NCBI GenBank assembly: GCA_963698075.1
Contig: OY969116.1
Coordinates: 83,881-147,880 of the forward strand
DNA: 64,000 bases
From: an uncultured Candidatus Berkelbacteria bacterium
GTDB lineage: Bacteria; Patescibacteriota; UBA1384; UBA12157; JAENIV01
Reading direction: 5' to 3'
Position 1 is the first letter of the stretch. Every line of letters starts with the position of its first letter. Under the pieces are notes generated by a model, which saw only the letters and a list, made by a program, of their open reading frames with translations, searched no databases and was not told where the DNA came from. The translations under genes and the position numbers were made by a program. Positions 1 through 10,812 of this stretch are shown here, piece by piece.

Positions 1-327
1 AGTTACAGCCGATTTTTTAATGTAAGACATAAAAGAAAAGGACCGTTATGGGAGGGAAGATTTAATAGTAAGTTAATTGAGAATGATGAACAGCTTCTAC
101 ATCTAACGCGATACATTCATCTAAATCCTACAACGGCTAACCTAGTGAGAAACCCAGAAGATTGGAAATACTCATCCTATTCGGAATATATCTCTTCTGC
201 TAAGATTGAAATTTGCCAGTATGAAGATCTTATGGAAATTATCCCCAAAACATATAGAAAATTTGTTAATGATCGAAAAGACTACCAAAGAGAATTAGCC
301 AAAATCAAAGCTCTAATGATAGATTGA
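1..327 (+). mobile_element. C-terminal part of REP-associated tyrosine transposase (RAYT, Y1 HUH family), truncated by the window edge
   Basis: Frame 1 is open from base 1: SYSRFFNVRHKRKGPLWEGRFNSKLIENDEQLLHLTRYIHLNP...PEDWKYSSY, the typical RAYT motifs G.LW..RF, YIH.NP and W.YSS. Confidence 0.85.
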
Positions 328-333
328 ACCTGC

Positions 334-360
334 TAATTTACACTTCGTAAGTGTAAATTA
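334..360. repeat. Palindrome directly after the RAYT stop (candidate REP)
   Basis: TAATTTACACTT-cgt-AAGTGTAAATTA. Confidence 0.7.
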
Positions 361-463
361 TTTGCGGTTTACAGATTTCACTCTAATCTTATAGAAACGT
401 CATATAGAAACGCGCCCCGATTGAGGCGCGTTAGGTCGAACGCGGTGAGGGAAGACGTAGGCC

Positions 464-637
464 TTAGTGTCGGCTGGCGAGGTTGATAATCAGGAGAACA
501 ATCACCAAAAGCGGACCAGCAGGGAGCATCAGGCGGACCGCTCTGTATTTCTTGCCCCCCGATAAATAAACACCCAATACCACGATGGAGGCGACCGCAC
601 CTGCTATTATCAGCCAATCCAACAATACAGAAGTCAT
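464..637 (-). CDS. 57-aa two-TM small membrane protein (below the ORF-track cutoff)
   Basis: AGGAGG RBS, then ATG; MTSVLLDWLIIAGAVASIVVLGVYLSGGKKYRAVRLMLPAGPLLVIVLLIINLASRH*. Confidence 0.65.
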   Translation of the reverse strand: MTSVLLDWLIIAGAVASIVVLGVYLSGGKKYRAVRLMLPAGPLLVIVLLIINLASRH

Positions 638-726
638 TGGTGTCCTCCTTCTGGACAGGCCTGGGATTCAGCCGAATTAATCATAATAAATTTGACAAAA
701 TAAATCAATAATTTTATAATTATTAT

Positions 727-785
727 GCCGAAGAAAATAGGCCCCTCGACTACGCTCGGGGTGAACTAATAAGTCCTATCGAGGC
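727..785 (+). promoter_or_regulatory. Ribosomal protein L10 leader RNA
   Basis: GCCGAAGA...TAGG...CCTATCGAGGC core upstream of rplJ; TTGACA at ~692. Confidence 0.7.
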
Positions 786-910
786 AAAAAAGTAAATTGT
801 AAAAGTATTTAGTTATCTGTTATCAGTATAAAAATACCGATAACCAATAACTGATAACTATGTACCAATTACTATAATTTGTCTCGCGGCAAGCGAGATT
901 TTTTAAAACC

Positions 911-1432
911 ATGAAACTTACCCGAGAACAAAAAGAACAATTAGTCAAAAAAGTAAGCGACCAGTTGGAAACTTCCAAAGCTGTTTTGTTAGTTAATTTT
1001 ACCGGCTTAAAAGTCAACGAAGAGCGCGAGTTGAAGAAAAAATTACGCCAGCAGGGGATAGTTTTTGAGGTGATAAAAAATTCTTTGTTTAAAATCGCCT
1101 TGAAAAAAGCCAAGATATCATTGGATAATGCTTTACTTGATCAGCCGATTGCCCTGATTTGGTCGGCTGACGACGAAGTGATGCCAGCAAAAATCACGGT
1201 TGGGTTTGCCAAAGAAATTGAAAAATTACAATTAGTTGGCGGCATTATTGACCAAAAGTTTGTTGATACTGATTTAATCAAACAATTGGCGGCACTTCCG
1301 GGCCGGGAAGAACTTTACGCCAAATTGGTTGGTACTTTGAACGCGCCAATGTCTCGTTTAGTTAACGCCTTAAAGGGTAATTTGATAAGTTTAGTTTATA
1401 TACTTAATCAATATAAAGAATCAAGAATATAA
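911..1432 (+). CDS. rplJ: 50S ribosomal protein L10
   Basis: L10 motifs ([30 protein letters not shown]). Confidence 0.97.
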   Translation: MKLTREQKEQLVKKVSDQLETSKAVLLVNFTGLKVNEERELKKKLRQQGIVFEVIKNSLFKIALKKAKISLDNALLDQPIALIWSADDEVMPAKITVGFAKEIEKLQLVGGIIDQKFVDTDLIKQLAALPGREELYAKLVGTLNAPMSRLVNALKGNLISLVYILNQYKESRI

Positions 1433-1437
1433 GATTA

Positions 1438-1500
1438 TCCTCCTACATGCTTACTGTCCAACCTACTACGTAGCGTACGGACAGTGCGCACTTCGGAGGA
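1438..1500 (+). repeat. Structured dispersed repeat, family C copy 1
   Basis: Aligns with the reverse complement of 41025-41087 (CTTACTGT..ACTACGT..TAC..ACAGTGCG) with compensatory stem changes. Confidence 0.7.
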
Positions 1501-1544
1501 CTTCCTGGCAACGCTTCGCGTTGGCAGGAGCGGAAAGGAACAAA

Positions 1545-2204
1545 ATGGCAGACATTAAAAAAGAAGAAAAACAGGCAGAAAAAGAAGCGGAGGCAGAGGG
1601 GAAAATGGCAAAAGAGGCCTCCAAAGAAGAAGTGGCCGCCAGCCCGGATGAAACGACTCAGCCTGAAGCGGTGGTCGAAGAAGCCGCTGGTGTCGAAGAA
1701 GAAACCCCGGCCGAAGTTGAAGCAATTAATGTTGACAACGAGACGGCCAAAGAAGCGACTGAAGCTAAGATTGAAAAACCACAAGAAAAACCTAAGAAAG
1801 AAAAAAAGCCTGAACCTACTGGTAGGTTTAAGGATTTAATCAAGGAAATCGAGGGTTTAACCACGGTTGAATTAGCCGAGTTAGTTAAAGCTCTTGAGGA
1901 ACGTTTTGGAGTGTCAGCGGCTGCCCCCATGGCCATGGCTGGTGCGCCAGCGGCAGCCGGTGCCCCCGGCGCTGAAGCAGCTGAAGAAAAGGCAACTTAT
2001 ACAGTGGTTTTGGCTGATTCCGGCGCGCAAAAGATTGCCGTCATCAAGGCCCTTCGCGAGATTAACCAAGAGTTAGGTCTTAAGGAAGCCAAAGATATCG
2101 CCGATGCGCCGCCAAAAGAAATCCTCAAAGACGCTCCCAAAGAAAAAGCTGAAGACGCCAAGAAAAAGTTAGAAGCCGCTGGGGCAAAGGTTGAACTGAA
2201 GTAA
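1545..2204 (+). CDS. rplL: 50S ribosomal protein L7/L12 with long acidic N-terminal extension
   Basis: [42 protein letters not shown]; RBS AAGGA before ATG 1545. Confidence 0.95.
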   Translation: MADIKKEEKQAEKEAEAEGKMAKEASKEEVAASPDETTQPEAVVEEAAGVEEETPAEVEAINVDNETAKEATEAKIEKPQEKPKKEKKPEPTGRFKDLIKEIEGLTTVELAELVKALEERFGVSAAAPMAMAGAPAAAGAPGAEAAEEKATYTVVLADSGAQKIAVIKALREINQELGLKEAKDIADAPPKEILKDAPKEKAEDAKKKLEAAGAKVELK

Positions 2205-2250
2205 CAAAGATGATATAATAATTAGTAACTATCAGCCCAGATAAACGAGC

Positions 2251-2275
2251 AAAAACCCGCTAACTGCGGGTTTTT
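2251..2275. terminator. Bidirectional intrinsic terminator after rplL
   Basis: AAAAACCCGC-taact-GCGGGTTTTT. Confidence 0.8.
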
Positions 2276-2293
2276 GCGTTAATTAATAAAGAT

Positions 2294-2322
2294 TTGACAA
2301 AACGTTTAGAAGAGTGTATAAT
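2294..2322 (+). promoter_or_regulatory. Consensus sigma70 promoter
   Basis: TTGACA-N17-TATAAT. Confidence 0.8.
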
Positions 2323-2368
2323 GTGCTCGTTCATGGTTCTCGGACCACGAACAGAAAGGGGTGATAAG

Positions 2369-2608
2369 ATGCCACTCGGACTTTGTCTGAGACGCATCAA
2401 GCTGCCAGCCCGCTTTCGGCGGCGCCACCCCAACACCGCAGCACCAGTTCCAGGGCGAGGGCTCGCCTCCAGGCGAGTGAAGATAGAAGTGCCAGCCACC
2501 TTGCAGCAAGCGATTGTGCAGGGACACCCGACCGAATGGTTGGCGGCTGAAGCGCTTCGGAAGAGAGCAGAAGCTGCAGTAAAGAGAGCCGAAACTGGCA
2601 GCAAGTAA
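2369..2608 (+). CDS. Small basic hypothetical protein (GC-rich single-gene unit)
   Basis: Own promoter, RBS AAAGGGGTG, ATG 2369, downstream hairpin GGCCGCCCCA..TGGGGCGGCC. Confidence 0.55.
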   Translation: MPLGLCLRRIKLPARFRRRHPNTAAPVPGRGLASRRVKIEVPATLQQAIVQGHPTEWLAAEALRKRAEAAVKRAETGSK

Positions 2609-2621
2609 ACGCCCTGGGTAA

Positions 2622-3824
<1,203 letters not shown>

Positions 3825-3892
3825 ATATTGCACTCTCTAAATAAAATGATATGATGTTGGAGGTGTGATCTCGAGTTGCCAGGAGGCAAGAG

Positions 3893-4174
3893 TTGGATGA
3901 TTCTAGCCCTAAAGTAACGATCGGCGCCTACTTTAGCGGTCTAATGGCCATCGTGTGTTTGGTCATCAGCGTCTTGTCGCTAGTGTCAGTGATTTGGGTC
4001 ATCATCTACGGATCCTCCAAACAGATGATTGAGATTCTACCACCAATCCCATGGTTTGGGTGGCTAGCGTTGATGATTTTCGCTTACTGGGTTGGTCTGA
4101 AGTTTGACAGGTTGTCTGACGCACTTTGGCTAAAGCTTCCCGAGCAAGGTGCCGAAGACACATGCCGAGGATGA
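3893..4174 (+). CDS. Small membrane protein
   Basis: AGGAGG RBS, TTG start, two hydrophobic helices. Confidence 0.7.
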   Translation: MDDSSPKVTIGAYFSGLMAIVCLVISVLSLVSVIWVIIYGSSKQMIEILPPIPWFGWLALMIFAYWVGLKFDRLSDALWLKLPEQGAEDTCRG

Positions 4175-4407
4175 TTGGTGGCGTTATCTTCATCATTCTA
4201 CTTATCGTATTCTCATTCTTGGCCCTAGCTATCTGTATCGGACCTGATGAAGCTCCGCCGTGGCTTTACCTGGACTTAAGTTGGCCTTGGGTCTGGGTCA
4301 TTGATATCACGCTGTTCGTCGTTCTGAGCATCCTTGGGCCCCATCTCATCTGGCCAGGCCATTCCAAAGAGCCACCTACGGCAAATCAACAACAGAAGAA
4401 CACTTGA
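4171..4407 (+). CDS. Small membrane protein
   Basis: ATGA overlap with the previous gene; two TM segments; terminator-like GGCCGC..GCGGCC after it. Confidence 0.7.
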   Translation: MIGGVIFIILLIVFSFLALAICIGPDEAPPWLYLDLSWPWVWVIDITLFVVLSILGPHLIWPGHSKEPPTANQQQKNT

Positions 4408-4511
4408 TCAGGCCGCACCATATTTGGGCGGCCTTTCGTATAATTCTTTGCGATTTACATATTATATTGAAAGTAGTATAATGAATCTAAAGAATAGTTT
4501 TAGGAGGGATT

Positions 4512-4826
4512 GTGAACAGTCCTGATAAATTTGGTATAGGCAAGGGTCCAGAAGCACCGGCACCGCCACCAGTGGAAGGTCAGCCGGCGCCGGAGGTTCC
4601 GACGACCGAACAGCCGTCACCACCGTCAGCCGAAAGGGAAAAGATTAAAGGAAAACCTGGGGAAGAATTGGTCATTGCCGAACCGCCGCAGGTAGGGGAG
4701 ATTGCCCAAGAAAAACCAATTGAAACGCCAGCGCCGGCAAGACCAATAAACATCGGCGAACATGATTTAACAGGGGATATTGATATCGCCAGGGCAGACG
4801 AACTTCAAGAAGAAATAAATACTTAA
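4512..4826 (+). CDS. Pro/Glu-rich hypothetical protein
   Basis: AGGAGG RBS and GTG start; leads the ATPase operon. Confidence 0.75.
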   Translation: MNSPDKFGIGKGPEAPAPPPVEGQPAPEVPTTEQPSPPSAEREKIKGKPGEELVIAEPPQVGEIAQEKPIETPAPARPINIGEHDLTGDIDIARADELQEEINT

Positions 4827-4848
4827 GGCAAAAATACAAGGAGGATTT

Positions 4849-7347
4849 TTGGAAGTAGGGAGTGATCTCTTTAATATCTTAATTACAGGCGGGTTTTTAG
4901 TTTTTGTCTTTATTTTGTCCTACCTTATTTATTCCGTTTACAAAGCTAATAAAATTAAGCATGAGCTCAAACGGGTTAAAAACTTAAGCATCTTTCAGAT
5001 TAGCATTCCGAGGACACCTCAAACGCCTAAGCAAAACGAACCGCCCAAAGATTTTCGGGAAACTATTGGCGTGGCCGATCAATTTTTTGCCTCCCTTGGT
5101 CATCTTTATGAAGGCAGTTTTGAGAAAAAATTATATGGTCTCCAAAGCCAAATTACCTTAGAAATCATTTCGTTAGACAATAAGCTGGAATTTTTCTCGA
5201 TCGTGCCCAAAGAGATTGAAAGCATCATCGAAAAACAGATTAATTCTTTCTATCCAACGGCCCAAATCCAAAAAACCGCCATTCCCAATATTTTTAAATC
5301 TCGTCAGGGGGCGATGCTCGCTACCAATTTTCGTTTGAATAAAAAATTTATCCTACCGATTCGGACATATAAATATCTTGAGGCTGATCCTTTAAATTCT
5401 CTGACCAATGCCTTATCAAAACTGGGGGCTGGTTCAGGGGCGGCCATCCAACTTATCGTTAAACCGACTACTGATGATTGGCGCAAAGCCGCCGGCATTG
5501 CCGCCCATAAGATTCAGCAAGGAAAATCCTTTGTCTCTGAGCGCTGGTATATGAAGATATTTCATTTTCTCTTTGAAATCCTCGGCGGCGTTTTTCATGG
5601 TTCAAAATCGACTACCACTCCTAAAACTTTAGGACCTGATTTCAAACAACCGGTGCAACTAACACCGATGCAGGAACAGACGCTTAAAGCCCTCAATGAA
5701 AAGGCCTCAAAAACTGGTCTTGGCACCAACATCAGGATTGTCGTGACCGCGCCCAACCACCAAGAGGCAATAGTTAATCTTAAAAACATCACCACTGCCT
5801 TTGGTCAATTTTCTACCCCTGAACTTAATGGTTTTAAGGCAAAAATCTCTGGCAACGAGGTAGTCCGTGATTACATTTTACGACGCTTTACGGGAAAGGG
5901 GATGATTCTTAATTCCGAAGAGTTGGCCTCAATTTGGCATCTGCCCACCCAATATGTTGAAAGTCCTAATATTGCCTGGGCCCAAGCCAAGGAAATGCCG
6001 CCGCCAACGAATTTGCCAGCCGAAGGAGTAATCTTGGGTGAAAGCGTTTATCGGGGTGAGAAAAAGCCGGTGAGGATCAAGGGTGATGACCGCCGTCGGC
6101 ATATCTTTATGATTGGTAAAACTGGCGTTGGTAAAACAACCTTGTTTTCCAACATGATTGAACAGGACATGAAAGCCGGCAATGGCTGTTGTTTTGTTGA
6201 TCCCTTGGGTGACGCCATCGAGGACCTTTTGGGCAAAGTCCCTCAGGAAAGAATCAACGATGTGATCCTTTTCGACCCCTCGGATACTGAAAACCCTGTC
6301 GGTTTAAATCTTTTAGAGTGGCAGACAGCTGACCAACGAGACTTTCTCATTCAAGAAGCAATCCAGATTTTCTATAAACTTTTTGACCCCACCCAGATGG
6401 GAATAGTTGGTCCTCAATGGGAACACTGGTTTCGTAACGCGGCCTTGACGATTATGAATCAACCAGGCGGGGGTACATTAATTGATGTTCCTAGAATCTT
6501 CACTGACGATGCTTTTCGCACTCGATTAATTTCCTCTGTTAGTGATCCAATTGTCAAGGCATTTTGGACGCAACAACTGGCGAAAACCGCTGATTTTCAT
6601 AAGTCTGAAATGTATAATTATTTTATTTCTAAGTTTGGCCGATTTATGACGAACGACCTGATGCGTAATATTATTGGACAGAAGAAATCATCTTTTAATT
6701 TAAGACAAGTAATGGATGAAGGTAAAATTCTTTTTATCAACTTAAGTAAAGGCAAAATTGGCGAAGTCAATTCCAATCTTTTAGGCATGATTTTGGTTTC
6801 TAAAATTCAAATGGCGGCTTTTTCGCGGGCTGACATGCCAGAGGACCAGCGCCGCGACTTTTATTTATATGTCGATGAGTTTCAAAACTTTACCACCGAT
6901 TCTTTTGCCAGCATTCTTTCTGAGGCAAGAAAATATCGCCTCAATTTGGCGATTACCAATCAATACATTGCTCAATTGACGGAAAAGATCCGCGATGCCG
7001 TTATTGGTAACGCGGGAACCATGATTTGTTACCGCATTGGCGCCGCTGATGCCGAGTTTATGGTTAAAGAATTTCCCGGGGTAACTATCGATGATTTAGC
7101 CAATTTGGATAAATTCAATACTTATACCAAACTTTTAATCGATGGGACGCCGACCAAACCCTTTAGTATGCGTGGCTTAAAATCAGCGCAGGCCAGTTCG
7201 TCTCAGATTAGAGAGCAGGCAAGGTCCTTTTCGCAAAAGACTCACGCTCGTCCAAAGAATCAAGTTGAAGCAGAACTGGCCCAACAACTTCAATCGATGG
7301 GTGAGCCGCCTAGCCCTGGAGCAAACGAGCCGATAAGGAATTTGTGA
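4849..7347 (+). CDS. Membrane-anchored VirB4/TraG-VirD4/HerA-like ATPase
   Basis: N-terminal TM, Walker A GKTGVGKT, Walker B LYVDEFQNF, SEARKY. Confidence 0.9.
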   Translation: MEVGSDLFNILITGGFLVFVFILSYLIYSVYKANKIKHELKRVKNLSIFQISIPRTPQTPKQNEPPKDFRETIGVADQFFASLGHLYEGSFEKKLYGLQSQITLEIISLDNKLEFFSIVPKEIESIIEKQINSFYPTAQIQKTAIPNIFKSRQGAMLATNFRLNKKFILPIRTYKYLEADPLNSLTNALSKLGAGSGAAIQLIVKPTTDDWRKAAGIAAHKIQQGKSFVSERWYMKIFHFLFEILGGVFHGSKSTTTPKTLGPDFKQPVQLTPMQEQTLKALNEKASKTGLGTNIRIVVTAPNHQEAIVNLKNITTAFGQFSTPELNGFKAKISGNEVVRDYILRRFTGKGMILNSEELASIWHLPTQYVESPNIAWAQAKEMPPPTNLPAEGVILGESVYRGEKKPVRIKGDDRRRHIFMIGKTGVGKTTLFSNMIEQDMKAGNGCCFVDPLGDAIEDLLGKVPQERINDVILFDPSDTENPVGLNLLEWQTADQRDFLIQEAIQIFYKLFDPTQMGIVGPQWEHWFRNAALTIMNQPGGGTLIDVPRIFTDDAFRTRLISSVSDPIVKAFWTQQLAKTADFHKSEMYNYFISKFGRFMTNDLMRNIIGQKKSSFNLRQVMDEGKILFINLSKGKIGEVNSNLLGMILVSKIQMAAFSRADMPEDQRRDFYLYVDEFQNFTTDSFASILSEARKYRLNLAITNQYIAQLTEKIRDAVIGNAGTMICYRIGAADAEFMVKEFPGVTIDDLANLDKFNTYTKLLIDGTPTKPFSMRGLKSAQASSSQIREQARSFSQKTHARPKNQVEAELAQQLQSMGEPPSPGANEPIRNL

Positions 7348-7416
7348 ATTGAAATATTTGCCTTTTTGTGATAAAATTATATCTCGGGATTGGCAAAAAC
7401 AAACAAAGGAAACAAA

Positions 7417-7968
7417 ATGCAACCATCGGATAAGAAGCTCAAAGAACTAAAAAATCTTCTTGATGAGGCCGAGTCTAAAGTTGCCGCCGCCAAAAGAATT
7501 CTTTTTGAACAAGTTTATCAAGAACAAGCTCTTAATTTAGAAGAGACTGGTAACAGTCAGAAAGGACCTAATACCATTGTTGAGGGAGTTTTTGATGGCG
7601 AGGAGATGATAGATTCGGGTGGTAAAAAATATCCCGTTCCTGCTAATTACGCCTCTAAATCAAAACTTATTCCTGGCGATAAGCTCAAGCTGACAATTGC
7701 CCCTGACGGCACCTTTATCTTCAAGCAAATTGGGCCGGTAGAAAGAAAAAGAATCGTCGGTAAACTCACGGAAAACAATGGCAATTATAAAGTCGTTGTC
7801 TCTGGCAAGAAATATAATTGTCTCAAAGCATCCGTCACCTACTTCCACGGCAGTCCGGGCGACGAGATAACCTGTATAGTCCCCAAAATAGGGGAGAGCG
7901 ACTGGGCGGCGATTGAAAATTGTCTAGGGAAAAAAACGCCGGCGAGCGGCAAAAAAAGATGCGATTGA
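7417..7968 (+). CDS. Hypothetical protein resembling a family common in CPR genomes
   Basis: EGVFDGEEM...YPVPANYASKSKL..GD.LKL motif; RBS AAGGA. Confidence 0.85.
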   Translation: MQPSDKKLKELKNLLDEAESKVAAAKRILFEQVYQEQALNLEETGNSQKGPNTIVEGVFDGEEMIDSGGKKYPVPANYASKSKLIPGDKLKLTIAPDGTFIFKQIGPVERKRIVGKLTENNGNYKVVVSGKKYNCLKASVTYFHGSPGDEITCIVPKIGESDWAAIENCLGKKTPASGKKRCD

Positions 7969-7992
7969 TGCGATTAATACGGTAAAAAAACG

Positions 7993-10812
7993 ATGGCAAT
8001 TTTAGAAACAATTGTTTTCCGAGGGTTAATGTATGCCATTTTGGTGGTAATACCGATTTTTTTAATTATTCTATATCTTAGGGCGCGGGCCAATAGAGCC
8101 AAGATGCAGTGGTTTGCTAATCTTAAATTTTTGACCATGAGAATCCTAGTTCCTAAAAATAATGAAAAGACCCCGCTGGCCGCCGAACAAATGTTTGCTG
8201 CTTTGCATGGGGTTTTCAGAAAAGAGAGTCAATTCCAAGATTATTTTTCCTTTGAAATTGCCTCGCGTGAAAAGTTTATTCAATTTTATGTTCATGTTCC
8301 TGAGCATCTTAAAGATTTTATTGAGGGCCAGATTTATTCGCAATATCCAACAGCGGAAATTACTCAAGTTGATGATTATACTTTAGAAGAACGAGAACAA
8401 ATTATCTCTGGCCAGTTCAAATTGGCTGGGACAGAATTAGGCTTGACTAATTTAGATGTTTATCCGATCAAAACCTTTCTTAATTTTGAAGTTGACCCCT
8501 TGGCGGGGATAACAGGCGTGCTTTCCAAACTTGAAAAGGGCGAAGAAATCTGGTTGCAAATTATTGTCAAACCAGTTTCCGACCTATGGCAGTCAAAGGG
8601 CATTGGTCATGTCAGATCGGTCAAGTCTGGGGCCACTAATCAGCAGGGGATATTCGTCGGAATTTTCGGCGCTTTTATAAGATTTTTAGGCGGTCTTCTT
8701 AGTGCCATTTTGACCGGGGTTACGCCGCCATCATCAAAAGAGGAAGCGCCCAAAGAAGAGGCTAAACTGCCAGGAACAGTTGAAGAAGGGCTTAAAGGTG
8801 TTGAAACTAAATCAACCAAACTCGGCTTTGAAACAAAAATCAGACTGCTGGCCTTGGCCACCGACGAAAACATCGCCAGATCAAAATTGGCCTCAACTGT
8901 GGCTGCCTTCAAACAATATAATTTGCTCAATTTGAATGGTTTCCAAGCCAGCAGTATCACCAACTCCTTGGCTTTTTACGATCAATATCGCTACCGGGCT
9001 TTTTTGGAGCCAGGTTATATTTTAAACATTGAAGAACTGGCCTCAATATTTCATTTGCCGAATGTTTCAGTGCAGACACCCAATATTGTTTGGGCGGGTT
9101 CCAAAAAAGGTGAACCCCCGGCTAATTTACCGATTGAAGAAAATGTCTTAAGTTCAGAACTAACTGTATTTGCCAAGACTGATTATCGACATCTGATGCA
9201 TAATTTCGGTATTAAATTATCGGATCGCCGTTATCACATGTATTCAATTGGCAAAACTGGCACTGGTAAAACAACCATGCTCGAAAACATGATTATTGAC
9301 GATATCCGCGAGGGTAGGGGAGTTGCCGTCGTTGACGCCCATGGGGACTTAATCAAAAAATTGCTTAACTATGTTCCCAGCGAAAGAATTAAAGACGTCG
9401 TTCTTTTTTCTCCGGCCGATCGTTTATATCCTCTCGGCTTTAATCCGCTCGAAAATGTTGATCCCGAGTTAAAAAATATTGTCGCCTCAGGCGTTGTCGG
9501 AATTTTTAAGAAAATATTTGGTGAATCCTGGGGACCACGGTTGGAATATATTTTGAGAAATACTATTTTGGCGCTCCTTGATTATCCCAATGCCACCATG
9601 CTCGGGATTACCAAAATTTTGGTTGACCAAGATTTTCGTAATCGTGTGATTGAAAAAATTCAGGATCCGGTGATTAAAGATTTTTTTGTTAATGAATACG
9701 AAAAATATGATCCGAAATTTCGGACTGAGGCCATCGCCCCGATTCAAAACAAAGTTGGCCAATTTTTATCATCATCAACCATCCGCAACATTGTTGGTCA
9801 GCCGAAATCAACCTTTAACATCGAAGAGATTATGAATACCGGCAAAATTATATTTATGGATTTATCAATTGGCGAAATTGGCGAAGACGCTTCAGCTCTT
9901 CTGGGCTCGATGATGATTACCAAAATTCAACTAGCAGCAATGCGACGGGCGACTATTCCCGAAGAAGAACGCAAAGATTTCTATTTATATGTTGACGAGT
10001 TCCAAAATTTTGCCACCGAATCTTTTGCGGTGATTTTATCTGAAGCTCGCAAATATCACCTGAATTTGATTATCACCCATCAATATATTGCTCAAGTTTC
10101 CGAAGAGGTCATGGCGGCTGTTTTTGGTAACTGTGGCACATTGGTTACTTTCCGTGTTGGCGCTCCTGACGCCGCCGCTTTGAAAAAAGAATATGAGCCG
10201 GTTTTTGAGGAAGTTGATTTAGTTAATTTAGATAATTATCATATCTACGTCAAAATGTCAATTGATGGCGTCACTTGTCCTGCTTTTTCGGCCGTCACTT
10301 TGCCTCCAGACAAGATGACTAATACCAATCGTGAAGCGATCCTTGCCCACTCACGCCAAAATTATTCCAAAAGGCGAGAATACGTTGAACAAAAAATGAC
10401 GGACCTAGCGGAAATGCCTAAAGTCGAACAAATCTTAACCAAGGCCGAGCGGGAGCGCATTCCCAAAATTCCGCCGAGAATAGGGGAGACCTATTATCGC
10501 GAAATCCAAACCCCGGGTGATGTTCGCTGGTATTTTGGTGGGGGAACAGTTGATCAGCCCCTGACCGAAGAGACGGTCCAAGAAAAATTAAAAAAACAAT
10601 TGGAAGAAACGCCAGATTGGATGAAGGAGCGACTCGCGGCTCTAGAAAAAAAAGATGATGGGGGAGAGGTGCCCGAAAAGATTGAAGATATTGAAGATTT
10701 AGAAAAAGATAAAGCAACGATGGTTTCGCATCTCGGTCCGTCGGAGAGCGGAAGTCGGATGTCAGATAGCAGTGTCCAACATCTCAAAGACGGTGAGACC
10801 ATTAAGTTGTAG
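7993..10812 (+). CDS. Second membrane-anchored VirB4/TraG-like ATPase, paralog of 4849-7347
   Basis: GKTGTGKT, LYVDEFQNF, SEARKY; same architecture. Confidence 0.9.
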   Translation: MAILETIVFRGLMYAILVVIPIFLIILYLRARANRAKMQWFANLKFLTMRILVPKNNEKTPLAAEQMFAALHGVFRKESQFQDYFSFEIASREKFIQFYVHVPEHLKDFIEGQIYSQYPTAEITQVDDYTLEEREQIISGQFKLAGTELGLTNLDVYPIKTFLNFEVDPLAGITGVLSKLEKGEEIWLQIIVKPVSDLWQSKGIGHVRSVKSGATNQQGIFVGIFGAFIRFLGGLLSAILTGVTPPSSKEEAPKEEAKLPGTVEEGLKGVETKSTKLGFETKIRLLALATDENIARSKLASTVAAFKQYNLLNLNGFQASSITNSLAFYDQYRYRAFLEPGYILNIEELASIFHLPNVSVQTPNIVWAGSKKGEPPANLPIEENVLSSELTVFAKTDYRHLMHNFGIKLSDRRYHMYSIGKTGTGKTTMLENMIIDDIREGRGVAVVDAHGDLIKKLLNYVPSERIKDVVLFSPADRLYPLGFNPLENVDPELKNIVASGVVGIFKKIFGESWGPRLEYILRNTILALLDYPNATMLGITKILVDQDFRNRVIEKIQDPVIKDFFVNEYEKYDPKFRTEAIAPIQNKVGQFLSSSTIRNIVGQPKSTFNIEEIMNTGKIIFMDLSIGEIGEDASALLGSMMITKIQLAAMRRATIPEEERKDFYLYVDEFQNFATESFAVILSEARKYHLNLIITHQYIAQVSEEVMAAVFGNCGTLVTFRVGAPDAAALKKEYEPVFEEVDLVNLDNYHIYVKMSIDGVTCPAFSAVTLPPDKMTNTNREAILAHSRQNYSKRREYVEQKMTDLAEMPKVEQILTKAERERIPKIPPRIGETYYREIQTPGDVRWYFGGGTVDQPLTEETVQEKLKKQLEETPDWMKERLAALEKKDDGGEVPEKIEDIEDLEKDKATMVSHLGPSESGSRMSDSSVQHLKDGETIKL

